The notes under the pieces: generated by a model
The model's database searches: none
Told to the model about the DNA's origin: nothing
The model's input: only the letters and a program-made list of their open reading frames with translations
Shown here: one piece after another, positions 10,605-19,462 of the stretch
Numbering within the stretch: position 1 is the stretch's first letter
How the letters are laid out: each line of letters starts with the position of its first letter
Translations under genes and position numbers: made by a program
NCBI GenBank assembly: GCA_965140585.1
Contig: OZ223267.1
Coordinates: 288,001 to 352,000 of the forward strand
Reading direction: 5' to 3'
Origin: Spirochaetia bacterium
Lineage (GTDB): Bacteria; Spirochaetota; Spirochaetia; UBA9216
DNA: 64,000 nucleotides

Positions 10605-10631
10605 CAAAAATACCGGAAAATGTGTTAAAAT
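10602..10631 (+). promoter_or_regulatory. Candidate internal sigma70 promoter upstream of fliP
   Basis: TAGCAA-N18-TAAAAT with extended TG at 10623-10624. Confidence 0.35.
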
Positions 10632-10656
10632 TTGGTTGTCATTACCTGGGGGGGGA

Positions 10657-11445
10657 ATGAAAAAGTTATTGATGTTTCTGTGCGTTGTTACGGCACTGTT
10701 CGTAATAGTACCGCACGGAGTCCATGCGCAGGAAGCGGTAGATCCGGATGCTGCTGCTGGGCTCAACATACCATTTGTAGATCTCACAATTTCTCAGCCT
10801 GAAAATAATCAGGAAGTAGCTCTATCGATTCAGCTGCTTCTTCTTCTTGCTGTGATCACCCTGTCTCCCTCTATTGTAATATTAACGACAAGTTTTCTAA
10901 GAGTTTCAATTATTCTTGATTTTATAAGAAGATCGCTTTCACTTCAGCAGGTCCCCCCCAATACCGTACTCAACGGTATAGCGCTCTTTTTAACCATATT
11001 TATAATGTGGCCCACACTTACGGATGTTTACGACAACGGGTTCAAACCCTTTGCCGATGGAGAGATAGGTGTGGAGCAGCTTTATCAGGAAACTGAAGGC
11101 CCTCTCAGGCTCTTCATGTACAAACAGATGGACGGCAACTACGGTAATATACAGCTGTTCATGAAGATGTCGGATCTTGAGAAGCCTGAAACCGCAGCTG
11201 ATGTTCCTACCTACGTGCTGATTCCTGCATTTATCCTGCATGAACTCACTGTCGCGTTCAAGATAGGAATTCTACTGTTTATTCCTTTCATCATCATAGA
11301 CATGATTGTCGCTTCGACTCTTATGTCCATGGGTATGATAATGCTGCCTCCGGCTATGATCTCTCTCCCTTTTAAACTGATACTTTTTGTTCTTGTTGAC
11401 GGATGGAACCTGATTACACAGCAGGTGATCCTGAGTTTTATGTAG
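10657..11445 (+). CDS. fliP: Flagellar export gate protein FliP
   Basis: TTSFLR, QQVPPN, LIPAFILHEL, MMLPP-like MIMLPP, FKLILFVLVDGW; ATG at 10657 follows a G8 tract. Confidence 0.96.
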   Translation: MKKLLMFLCVVTALFVIVPHGVHAQEAVDPDAAAGLNIPFVDLTISQPENNQEVALSIQLLLLLAVITLSPSIVILTTSFLRVSIILDFIRRSLSLQQVPPNTVLNGIALFLTIFIMWPTLTDVYDNGFKPFADGEIGVEQLYQETEGPLRLFMYKQMDGNYGNIQLFMKMSDLEKPETAADVPTYVLIPAFILHELTVAFKIGILLFIPFIIIDMIVASTLMSMGMIMLPPAMISLPFKLILFVLVDGWNLITQQVILSFM

Positions 11446-11454
11446 GAGTTGCTG

Positions 11455-11724
11455 ATGAGTATAGGATTTGTAACAGAATTAATCAGAGCAGGAGTATTCC
11501 ATGTGCTGATGCTTTCAGCCCCGGTTTTACTTTCAGGGCTTCTTGTCGGTCTGATGATCTCAATATTTCAGGCTACAACCTCAATTCAGGAACAGACTCT
11601 TACTTTCGTACCGAAGATTGCGGCAATTCTGCTTGTACTTGTACTTACGTCGGAATGGATATTTACCTCGTTGAGGCAGTATACCATTGAGATTATTCAG
11701 ATGATACCTGAGATGACAGGCTGA
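11455..11724 (+). CDS. fliQ: Flagellar export protein FliQ
   Basis: SIFQATTSIQEQTLTFVPK signature; SD AGGAG 6 nt before ATG. Confidence 0.96.
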   Translation: MSIGFVTELIRAGVFHVLMLSAPVLLSGLLVGLMISIFQATTSIQEQTLTFVPKIAAILLVLVLTSEWIFTSLRQYTIEIIQMIPEMTG

Positions 11725-11738
11725 AGGGGAGTTTATTT

Positions 11739-12536
11739 TTGACGCTGGCCTATATAGTCGCTGAAGCACAGATTTTTCTACTCATTCTTGTCCGGGTAAT
11801 AGCTTTTATTGAGCTTGCCCCGGTTCTGTCTTCAAGCGCTGTCCCGCAGATCGGTAAAATAGGTCTTGCTGCGTTCACTGCTGCCGCTGTTCTTCCATGG
11901 GTGGTTAAAAGCGGACTGTATGTCATTCCGGAAACCGGCGGCGCCTTTGTTTTTATGCTGCTGGGAGAAGTCTTTATTGGTATAATATTCGGATTTTTTC
12001 TAATAATCATTACTTCTGTATTTCAGCTTGCCGGTCAGTTCTTTTCTACCCAGATGGGGTTCGCATCCTCCCAGGTTTTCGATCCCATGGCTCAGGTACA
12101 GATTCCCCTTATGGGACAGTTTTTCAACCTCACTTCCATGCTTATTCTGCTCTCTATTAACGGGTTTCAGAAGATGTTTCTGGGCGCCGTATATACCGGT
12201 TTCAAAGTCCTTAATATTAGTCAGCTTCTAGTAAACAAGGATAATATCATTATGATGCTGCTGAAAAGCCTCTCAGGTCTTTTTGTGCAGGCACTGGTAA
12301 TTGCGATGCCCATCATGGGGACACTGCTGCTGATGCAGGTGACCATGGGACTTCTCGCAAAGGCCGCCCCTCAGATGAATCTTCTGATGCTGTCGTTTCC
12401 GATGAATATCTTCATCTCCTTTCTGGTTCTGTTTGCCGCCATGCCGTTTATTATCGAGTCTTTTGAAGCAATTCTTGATGCCGGCTTTGAGGGTGTTAAC
12501 CAGATGATGAAAACAGCAATTGGGGTCAGCGGATGA
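11739..12536 (+). CDS. fliR: Flagellar export protein FliR
   Basis: Multi-TM, AGQFFSTQMGF...FDP, KAAPQMN motifs; TTG start. Confidence 0.94.
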   Translation: MTLAYIVAEAQIFLLILVRVIAFIELAPVLSSSAVPQIGKIGLAAFTAAAVLPWVVKSGLYVIPETGGAFVFMLLGEVFIGIIFGFFLIIITSVFQLAGQFFSTQMGFASSQVFDPMAQVQIPLMGQFFNLTSMLILLSINGFQKMFLGAVYTGFKVLNISQLLVNKDNIIMMLLKSLSGLFVQALVIAMPIMGTLLLMQVTMGLLAKAAPQMNLLMLSFPMNIFISFLVLFAAMPFIIESFEAILDAGFEGVNQMMKTAIGVSG

Positions 12537-13714
12537 GTATTTACATCAGCGGCAATTCCGGCAGTTATTCTGTAAACGATGTCCTCAGCAGATACCGCAG
12601 TACTCAGGATTCCGCCTTTGATATACATCTGCAGTGGTTTGCGCCAGAAGACGAAGGCCGTACTGAAGACCCTACAGAGTACAAACTCAGAAAAGCACGT
12701 GAAGAAGGCAAGGTCGCAAAATCTCCGGATCTGACCTCGGCCATAGTTTTGATTTTCTGTATAACAGGACTTGCAGCCTTCGGTTCATCGATGATTACCG
12801 GGCTGCGTGACATGATGTACTTTTTCTTTTCAAAGTCGGCTGAGCTGGATCCTGTTTCTTCAACTGAAACAGGTATGGTTGCGCTTAGATATTTTATAAA
12901 AATTGCTCTGCCGCTTGCCGCTGTAGCATTTACAGCCGCCTTTGCAGGCAATGTCTTTCAGGTAGGCCTTAAATTTTCGGCTAAACCCATTACTCCTGAT
13001 CTAAACAAGATTGTGCCTAAAATCGGTAAATGGTTTCAGAGATCCTTTGCATCCGGAGAAGCTGCATTCAACCTTATGAAGTCCTTTGTAAAGATAATAA
13101 TCGTAGGCGGAATAGCTTTTATAAATATCAGGATGGAATTCGATAAGCTGCTCAACCTTATCAAAATACCCTTTCTCGATTCCTTTTCGATAGTTTCGGG
13201 AATAGCATTCCGGATAATGCTGGAAGCCGCCATATTTATGCTGATTTTTTCAATTGCCGACTACCGCTTTCAGAAAAAGCAGCATATAGACTCTTTGAAA
13301 ATGTCCAAGCAGGAAGTCAAGGAGGAACGTAAGATGACCGAGGGTGATCCTCTTATTAAAAGCAGGCTGCGGGAGAGAATGCGCGATATCATGACCAGGG
13401 ATATGATCAGGAAGATCCCTGAGGCAGATGTTGTAATTACAAACCCGACCCACTTTGCTGTTGTAATGCAATGGGACCGTTCAAAAATGATTGCTCCAGT
13501 TGTAACGGCGAAGGGGCAGGATAATATGGCACTTAGAATAAGGGGCATAGCAACTGAGCATAATGTCCCGATTATTGAAAATAAACCGCTCGCGCGAGCT
13601 CTGTACGCAGAGGTTGAAATAGGCGACGCAATTCCTGAAAACTATTATCAGGCAATGGCGGTAATTCTTGCGGAAGTCTACCGGATGCGTGGTGAAACGA
13701 TGGAGGCTGTCTGA
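12533..13714 (+). CDS. flhB: Flagellar export specificity switch FlhB
   Basis: TEDPT..KL.KAREEGKVAKS, EGDP, NPTH autocleavage motif; ~36-aa N-terminal extension. Confidence 0.97.
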   Translation: MSIYISGNSGSYSVNDVLSRYRSTQDSAFDIHLQWFAPEDEGRTEDPTEYKLRKAREEGKVAKSPDLTSAIVLIFCITGLAAFGSSMITGLRDMMYFFFSKSAELDPVSSTETGMVALRYFIKIALPLAAVAFTAAFAGNVFQVGLKFSAKPITPDLNKIVPKIGKWFQRSFASGEAAFNLMKSFVKIIIVGGIAFINIRMEFDKLLNLIKIPFLDSFSIVSGIAFRIMLEAAIFMLIFSIADYRFQKKQHIDSLKMSKQEVKEERKMTEGDPLIKSRLRERMRDIMTRDMIRKIPEADVVITNPTHFAVVMQWDRSKMIAPVVTAKGQDNMALRIRGIATEHNVPIIENKPLARALYAEVEIGDAIPENYYQAMAVILAEVYRMRGETMEAV

Positions 13715-15840
13715 TGGCTGAAAAAAGACCGGGACTGCAGGGCTTTATAACAAATGCCCTTACCAGCCAGAAAACAGATGTACTTGTAGCTGTAGGTGTA
13801 ATATTCATTGTAATGATGCTGCTCATACCGCTGCCGACTGTTCTTCTGGACCTTCTGATGGCATCAAACCTGGTTTTGAGCATCATGATAATTCTTATAA
13901 CTCTCTACACCAAGAAGGCTGTGGAGTTCTCAATTTTTCCGACCCTTCTTCTGGTGACTACAATATTCAGTCTTGCTTTGAATGTTTCCTCTACCAGACT
14001 TATTCTTTCAAAGGGTGCGGAATTTGACGGAAGAATTGTAACCGGTTTCGCGAACTTCGTTGTCGGGACTTCCGGAAACGAAGGTCTGGTTATCGGTCTC
14101 ATCATCTTCATAATTCTTATAGCGGTTCAGTTTGTAGTTATTACAAAGGGTGCCACCAGAGTTGCAGAAGTTGCAGCAAGGTTCACACTTGATTCTCTGC
14201 CCGGTAAGCAGATGGCAATTGAAGCTGAGTATAATTCCGGGGCCATCACCGAAGATGAAGCAACAAAGAAAAAGGCAGAGCTTCAGAAGGAAGCTGACTT
14301 TTACGGAGCCATGGACGGAGCATCAAAGTTTGTATCCGGCAACGTTAAGATCGGTATTCTTATGACGGTTATCAATATCGTCGGCGGACTCATTGTGGGG
14401 ATGCTCCTGCATGGCGAGCCTGCGTCTTCGGCTTTGTCAAACTATATAACCTTTGCAATTGGCGACGGTCTTGTCAGCCAGTTTCCGGCACTGTTTATTT
14501 CAACAGCTACCGGTCTTATTGTTACAAGAGCTATTTCCGACGGAACCTTCGGTCAGGATATTTCAGTACAGTTTTCATCCCAGGCTCAGATTTACTTTGT
14601 CGGTGCAGCCTTCCTCGTAGTTCTGGGCGTACTGCCCGGTTTTCCGTGGTATGTTCTCATTCCGCTTGCAGCTCTGCTGTTTCTTGTTGGTTTCAGGCTC
14701 AGAAAGAAGGAAGCCAATAAGAAAAGCTTTGAGGAAATGGAGGCCGAATCCGGTCAGCAGGCTCATGAAGCACCGGCAGAAATTTCTCCGGTTGTTCCGC
14801 TTGATCAGTTATCTCTTGAACTCGGCTACGGACTTATTCCACTTGTAGATAAGGACCACGGCGCAGAGCTGCTTGACCGTATAACCAGAATAAGACGCGA
14901 ATCCGCCCTCGAGCTGGGTCTTGTTGTTCCCAAGATTAGAATTGTAGACAATATGCGGCTTGAGCCCGCTGAGTACTGTATAAAGATCAAGGGTGTTGAG
15001 GTCGGTAAGGCTGTTATCAGAGCAGGGCTCTATCTGGCTATAAATCCTGGCAATGTCGAGGATGAAGTCGAGGGCGAGGCAACATATGACCCTACATTTC
15101 ACCTTCCTGCCAAGTGGATTACAGAGGACGACAGGGATCGGGCAGAGAGGGCCGGATATACGGTTGTAGACTCTCCGTCAATTATTGCAACACACCTTAC
15201 CGAGATCATCCGCAAGCATGCACGGGAAATGCTCGGCCGGCAGGAAGTTCAGAAAATCCTCGACACGCTGCGTAATGATTATCCGGCGGTTATTGATGAG
15301 ATTTCAAAGCTCATGTCCACCGGAGAAATACAGAAGGTCCTTCAGGGGCTGCTTGCTGAGCAGGTGTCAATCAGAAATATGGTTCCCATCCTTGAAACTC
15401 TGGCAGACTATGCTTCAGTCACTAAGGAAACCAGCTTCCTGATTGAAAAAGTCCGTCAGACACTTTCCAGGCAGATCAGCCTGCAGTATTCTGACGAGGA
15501 TCGGACAATGAGAGTCCTGACAGTGAATCCTGAGATTGAGCAGCTTATTGGTGAGTCAAGAATCGAAACAGCCTCAGGTGTAATGGCCGCTCTTGAACCG
15601 TCCATTCACCGCAAGTGGATAAACAGTGTTGCAAATGCTATCCACGGAGTTGAGCAGATGGGATTCTTTCCGGTAATCCTCTGTTCCGAGGCTGTAAGGG
15701 CTCTGGTTAAATCGAGTCTTAAACGGGATTTTCCCGGAATAGTGGTTCTTTCAGTGCCGGAAGTAGTGTCGAATGTCAGGGTTGAATCGGTTGGTGAAAT
15801 ATCCTTTGAAGAAAGTTACGAAGAACAAGAGGTTAGATAG
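13714..15840 (+). CDS. flhA: Flagellar export protein FlhA
   Basis: RVAEVAARFTLDSLPGKQMAI and FYGAMDGASKFV FHIPEP motifs. Confidence 0.98.
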   Translation: MAEKRPGLQGFITNALTSQKTDVLVAVGVIFIVMMLLIPLPTVLLDLLMASNLVLSIMIILITLYTKKAVEFSIFPTLLLVTTIFSLALNVSSTRLILSKGAEFDGRIVTGFANFVVGTSGNEGLVIGLIIFIILIAVQFVVITKGATRVAEVAARFTLDSLPGKQMAIEAEYNSGAITEDEATKKKAELQKEADFYGAMDGASKFVSGNVKIGILMTVINIVGGLIVGMLLHGEPASSALSNYITFAIGDGLVSQFPALFISTATGLIVTRAISDGTFGQDISVQFSSQAQIYFVGAAFLVVLGVLPGFPWYVLIPLAALLFLVGFRLRKKEANKKSFEEMEAESGQQAHEAPAEISPVVPLDQLSLELGYGLIPLVDKDHGAELLDRITRIRRESALELGLVVPKIRIVDNMRLEPAEYCIKIKGVEVGKAVIRAGLYLAINPGNVEDEVEGEATYDPTFHLPAKWITEDDRDRAERAGYTVVDSPSIIATHLTEIIRKHAREMLGRQEVQKILDTLRNDYPAVIDEISKLMSTGEIQKVLQGLLAEQVSIRNMVPILETLADYASVTKETSFLIEKVRQTLSRQISLQYSDEDRTMRVLTVNPEIEQLIGESRIETASGVMAALEPSIHRKWINSVANAIHGVEQMGFFPVILCSEAVRALVKSSLKRDFPGIVVLSVPEVVSNVRVESVGEISFEESYEEQEVR

Positions 15841-15843
15841 CAG

Positions 15844-17016
15844 ATGGAATATTTTAAAGAACAGGGCAGTTCTTACATGGAAGCCGTTACAAAGGTTAAG
15901 ACCAAGTACGGCGAACGTGCAAAAATCCTTAATCACCGAAGCATCCGGTACGGAGGCTTTCTGGGCGTTTTCTCAAAGGAAGGCGTTGAGGTTGAAGGAT
16001 ACGTCAACAAGGATACTATGATTCCCGCAATGAGAAATCTTGATGAGGAAAAAAAGAAGATTATTGCCGCAGCCGGTGTAAAACGAGATGATACCCTGTC
16101 CAAAGTTCTTGATATGGTTAAATCCATCGATGAAAAAATAGAATCAGGCAAAACAGGTACTGCTCCTTCAGAGCCTGAATCAATTGAGAAAATTGAACAG
16201 CTTCTTGTTAATAATGATTTTTCCTACAGATTCATCAAAAATATGAAACAACGGCTTAAAAGTGAACTTTCACTGGAGCAGCTGAATGATTTTGATGAGG
16301 TTCAGGAAAAGACTCTTGAATGGATTGGTAAAAGCATCTCTGTATACAGTGATGACCAGCCAAGGAAAAACAGGGTTATCATACTTGTAGGACCAACAGG
16401 AGTAGGTAAGACAACAACCATAGCCAAGCTTGCAGCCTTAAACGGACTTGGAATAAAAGGCGAATCACCGAAAAGTGTCAGACTTATCACTATTGATAAT
16501 TACAGGATAGGTGCAAAGGGTCAAATTCAGACCTATGGAGATTTAATGAATATTCCTGTATCATGTGTTGAAACTATTGATGAGTTAAAAAACAAGATAC
16601 TGCTTTACCAGCAGGCCGATATGATTCTTGTTGACACAATGGGCAGATCTCCCAGGGATTATCAGAACCTTGCACAAATGAGAGAACTGCTTGAGGCATG
16701 CGGAAACAATACAGAAATTTATCTGACCGTAAGCTCCACAACCAAAGCCGGAGATCTGGAGTCCATTTTTCAGGAATTTATGCCTTTTAAATATTGCGGC
16801 GTCATTCTTACAAAGCTTGATGAAACAATGAAACTTGGAAATATAATCAGTGTTCTCAGCGGAAAAGATGTTCCAATAGCGTATCTCACTGACGGACAGG
16901 GAGTACCGCAGGATATAGAAAGAGCTGATGTAATGCGGATATTGAGGAATCTTGAAGGTTTCAGTGTCAATAATGATAAACTGAGCCGTGAACTGGCTGA
17001 AACTTTAACTATTTAA
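15844..17016 (+). CDS. flhF: SRP-type GTPase FlhF
   Basis: GPTGVGKTTTIAKLAA, DTMGRS, TKLDET, GQGVPQDI. Confidence 0.96.
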   Translation: MEYFKEQGSSYMEAVTKVKTKYGERAKILNHRSIRYGGFLGVFSKEGVEVEGYVNKDTMIPAMRNLDEEKKKIIAAAGVKRDDTLSKVLDMVKSIDEKIESGKTGTAPSEPESIEKIEQLLVNNDFSYRFIKNMKQRLKSELSLEQLNDFDEVQEKTLEWIGKSISVYSDDQPRKNRVIILVGPTGVGKTTTIAKLAALNGLGIKGESPKSVRLITIDNYRIGAKGQIQTYGDLMNIPVSCVETIDELKNKILLYQQADMILVDTMGRSPRDYQNLAQMRELLEACGNNTEIYLTVSSTTKAGDLESIFQEFMPFKYCGVILTKLDETMKLGNIISVLSGKDVPIAYLTDGQGVPQDIERADVMRILRNLEGFSVNNDKLSRELAETLTI

Positions 17017-17028
17017 TTGGAGTAACTT

Positions 17029-17901
17029 ATGACTGACCAAGCCGAACAGTTGCGGGAAATGATGAAGGGACGCCAGAATGGCGGTTCTGAAAAAAATGAA
17101 AATAAGACACGTATTATTGCTGTATCAAGCGGTAAGGGCGGTGTCGGTAAAACAAATATATCTGTAAACCTTGCCATAGCCTATGCTCAGCTTGGTAAGA
17201 AAGTAATAGTGCTTGATGCTGATCTTGGTCTTGCCAACGTCAATGTTGCGCTTGGTATTATTCCAAAGCACAATCTGTATCATGTAATCAGAAAACAGAA
17301 AAGCATGAAGGATATTATAATTGACACCAACTACGGTATCCAGATTGTAGCGGGTGCTTCAGGTTTTTCGAAGATTGCAAATTTAAGTGATGAGGAACGT
17401 GATACTTTCATTCATGAAGTTGCCGATCTTTCTATCGCTGATGTTATAATTATCGATACCAGTGCCGGTGTTTCCAATAATGTTCTGGCGTTTATAGCAG
17501 CTGCTGATGACGCAATTATTGTGACTACACCGGAGCCCACGGCTATCACGGATGCATACGGTATAATTAAGATAATTGCCACAGAAATAGACAACATGAA
17601 TCTTTCACTTAAACTGATTGTGAACAGGGTTAAAAGTGTCACTGAAGGCAAGAAGGTTTCTGAAAGAGTGATTAGTATAGCGGGACAGTTTTTAAATCTT
17701 AAGGTTGATTATCTTGGCTACGTATATGACGACCCTTCTGTGTCGGCATCCGTAATAAAGCAGAAACCCTTTATGATTGCAGACCCCGGATGCAAGGCTT
17801 CTATTTGCCTTAAGCATATAGCAGGAAGACTTGAAAAAGTTGAATACAAGGAAGGCGGAGGAGTTTCAAGATTTCTAAAGAAACTTTTCGGCAGTTTCTA
17901 G
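17029..17901 (+). CDS. flhG: MinD-like ATPase FlhG (YlxH/FleN)
   Basis: MTDQAEQLR N-terminus, SGKGGVGKT, DADLGLAN, PEPTAITDAY. Confidence 0.95.
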   Translation: MTDQAEQLREMMKGRQNGGSEKNENKTRIIAVSSGKGGVGKTNISVNLAIAYAQLGKKVIVLDADLGLANVNVALGIIPKHNLYHVIRKQKSMKDIIIDTNYGIQIVAGASGFSKIANLSDEERDTFIHEVADLSIADVIIIDTSAGVSNNVLAFIAAADDAIIVTTPEPTAITDAYGIIKIIATEIDNMNLSLKLIVNRVKSVTEGKKVSERVISIAGQFLNLKVDYLGYVYDDPSVSASVIKQKPFMIADPGCKASICLKHIAGRLEKVEYKEGGGVSRFLKKLFGSF

Positions 17902-17925
17902 ACTATCCGCCAAAGTCGGATTGCC

Positions 17926-17954
17926 TTGACTGCTGAAGTTTTTTGAAATAAGCT
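17926..17954 (+). promoter_or_regulatory. Candidate sigma70 promoter for flgV-fliA-fapA
   Basis: TTGACT-N17-TAAGCT; ATG follows 5 nt later with no SD. Confidence 0.55.
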
Positions 17955-17959
17955 GAAAG

Positions 17960-18667
17960 ATGATGTTTGGAGAAAATGCTTCGGTAAAAAGAAATTTAAT
18001 AATCACCTTTTCCATTTTCGGTTTTGTTCTTTCTATTATAACTGGATTGATTGGAAGGGTTTTCTTCGGCCCGATGATTGGTAGAGCCTTTCTTTTTGCC
18101 CTTGTGTTCGGCGGAATCGGTTTCCTTGTAATTAAAATTGCCGATATCTTTCTTCCCGAACTTTTCCGGCTTGATGATGAAACTGATAATGAAGAACAGG
18201 ATGAGGATGCAGAAGAATCTGATGAAGAAGCAGGTTCTGAAAGCGCTGTAGATATAACTGTAGAGGATGAGGATAATCCGGATTATGTATACAGTCCGGA
18301 TTCAGGTGAGGCTGAGGCTTCGCTTGAGCCCGAAGACCAGACCGGTGAAGATGCAGATGATGATGTAGCTGAACTGGAGGATGCCGGAGACGATGATGCG
18401 GAGGCTTCAGCGGAAAGTAAGCCCGCAAAAGCAGCAGCTCCGGCCGCTGAGCTCTCCGGTTCAGAAAAGGGTAAATCAACTTTACCAGATATAGAAACTT
18501 TTTCAGATGCTTTTGAGCAGGTTACGGAGACTGAAACCGGTGATAACGGATTAAGCAGTATTGACGGTACCGGCTCCGGGCAGGCTGAAATACTTGGAAG
18601 CCTTCATGACACCGATGAAATGGTTAAGGCTGTCAAGTCAGTATTAAAAAAGGACCAGGAAGGATAG
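17960..18667 (+). CDS. flgV: Two-TM protein with acidic disordered tail, probable FlgV
   Basis: Two N-terminal TM helices followed by FLPELF, D/E-rich tail; flhF-flhG-X-fliA position matches FlgV. Confidence 0.6.
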   Translation: MMFGENASVKRNLIITFSIFGFVLSIITGLIGRVFFGPMIGRAFLFALVFGGIGFLVIKIADIFLPELFRLDDETDNEEQDEDAEESDEEAGSESAVDITVEDEDNPDYVYSPDSGEAEASLEPEDQTGEDADDDVAELEDAGDDDAEASAESKPAKAAAPAAELSGSEKGKSTLPDIETFSDAFEQVTETETGDNGLSSIDGTGSGQAEILGSLHDTDEMVKAVKSVLKKDQEG

Positions 18668-18670
18668 TAA

Positions 18671-19459
18671 ATGGATGCAAAACTTCTAAAGAACAAGAGC
18701 GAGGAAGAACTCTGGACTCTTTACAAGAAAAAAAGAGATCCCATTATCAGGGAACTCTTTGTAAAGCAGTATGCCCCCCTTGTGAAGTATGTAGCCGGAA
18801 AGGTTGCGGTAGGGATGCCGCATAATATTGAATTTGATGATCTGGTTCAGTATGGTGTGTTCGGCCTTTTTGATGCAATAGACAAATTCGACCCTGCAAA
18901 ACATGTTAAATTCAAAACATATGCTGTTACCAGGATCAGGGGCGCTATATTTGATGAACTCCGATCGATTGACTGGGTTCCCAGATCTGTTCGCCAGAAA
19001 TCAAGAGAAGTCGAGGATGCCGTACATCGCCTTGAATCGTCACTTGGCAGAGCGGTTTCTGATAGTGAAATAGCCAATGAAATGGGCATGGACCTGCAGG
19101 AGTACCAGAAGACAATACTTAAAATCAGCGGTACCTCCATTATGTCGTTAAATGATGTCTGGTATACAGGCGAAGATAACGATAAGGTGTCTATCGTCGA
19201 CAGCATTGAATCACCGCAGGGCCTTAATCCGGATATTATCGTAGAAAAAGATGAAATTAAACGTGTAATAATCGAAGCAATAAACGAACTTCCTGAAAAA
19301 GAGAAAAAAGTTCTTGTTCTTTACTATTATGAAGACTTAACTTTAAAAGAGATAGGAAAGGTTCTGGAGGTAACTGAATCCAGAGTATCGCAGCTTCACA
19401 CTAAGGCGATTATGCGGCTTAGAGCCAAGCTTACTAACCTTAAGAAAGGAATTATGTAG
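18671..19459 (+). CDS. fliA: RNA polymerase sigma28 factor FliA/WhiG
   Basis: [48 protein letters not shown]. Confidence 0.97.
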   Translation: MDAKLLKNKSEEELWTLYKKKRDPIIRELFVKQYAPLVKYVAGKVAVGMPHNIEFDDLVQYGVFGLFDAIDKFDPAKHVKFKTYAVTRIRGAIFDELRSIDWVPRSVRQKSREVEDAVHRLESSLGRAVSDSEIANEMGMDLQEYQKTILKISGTSIMSLNDVWYTGEDNDKVSIVDSIESPQGLNPDIIVEKDEIKRVIIEAINELPEKEKKVLVLYYYEDLTLKEIGKVLEVTESRVSQLHTKAIMRLRAKLTNLKKGIM

Positions 19460-19462
19460 ATT

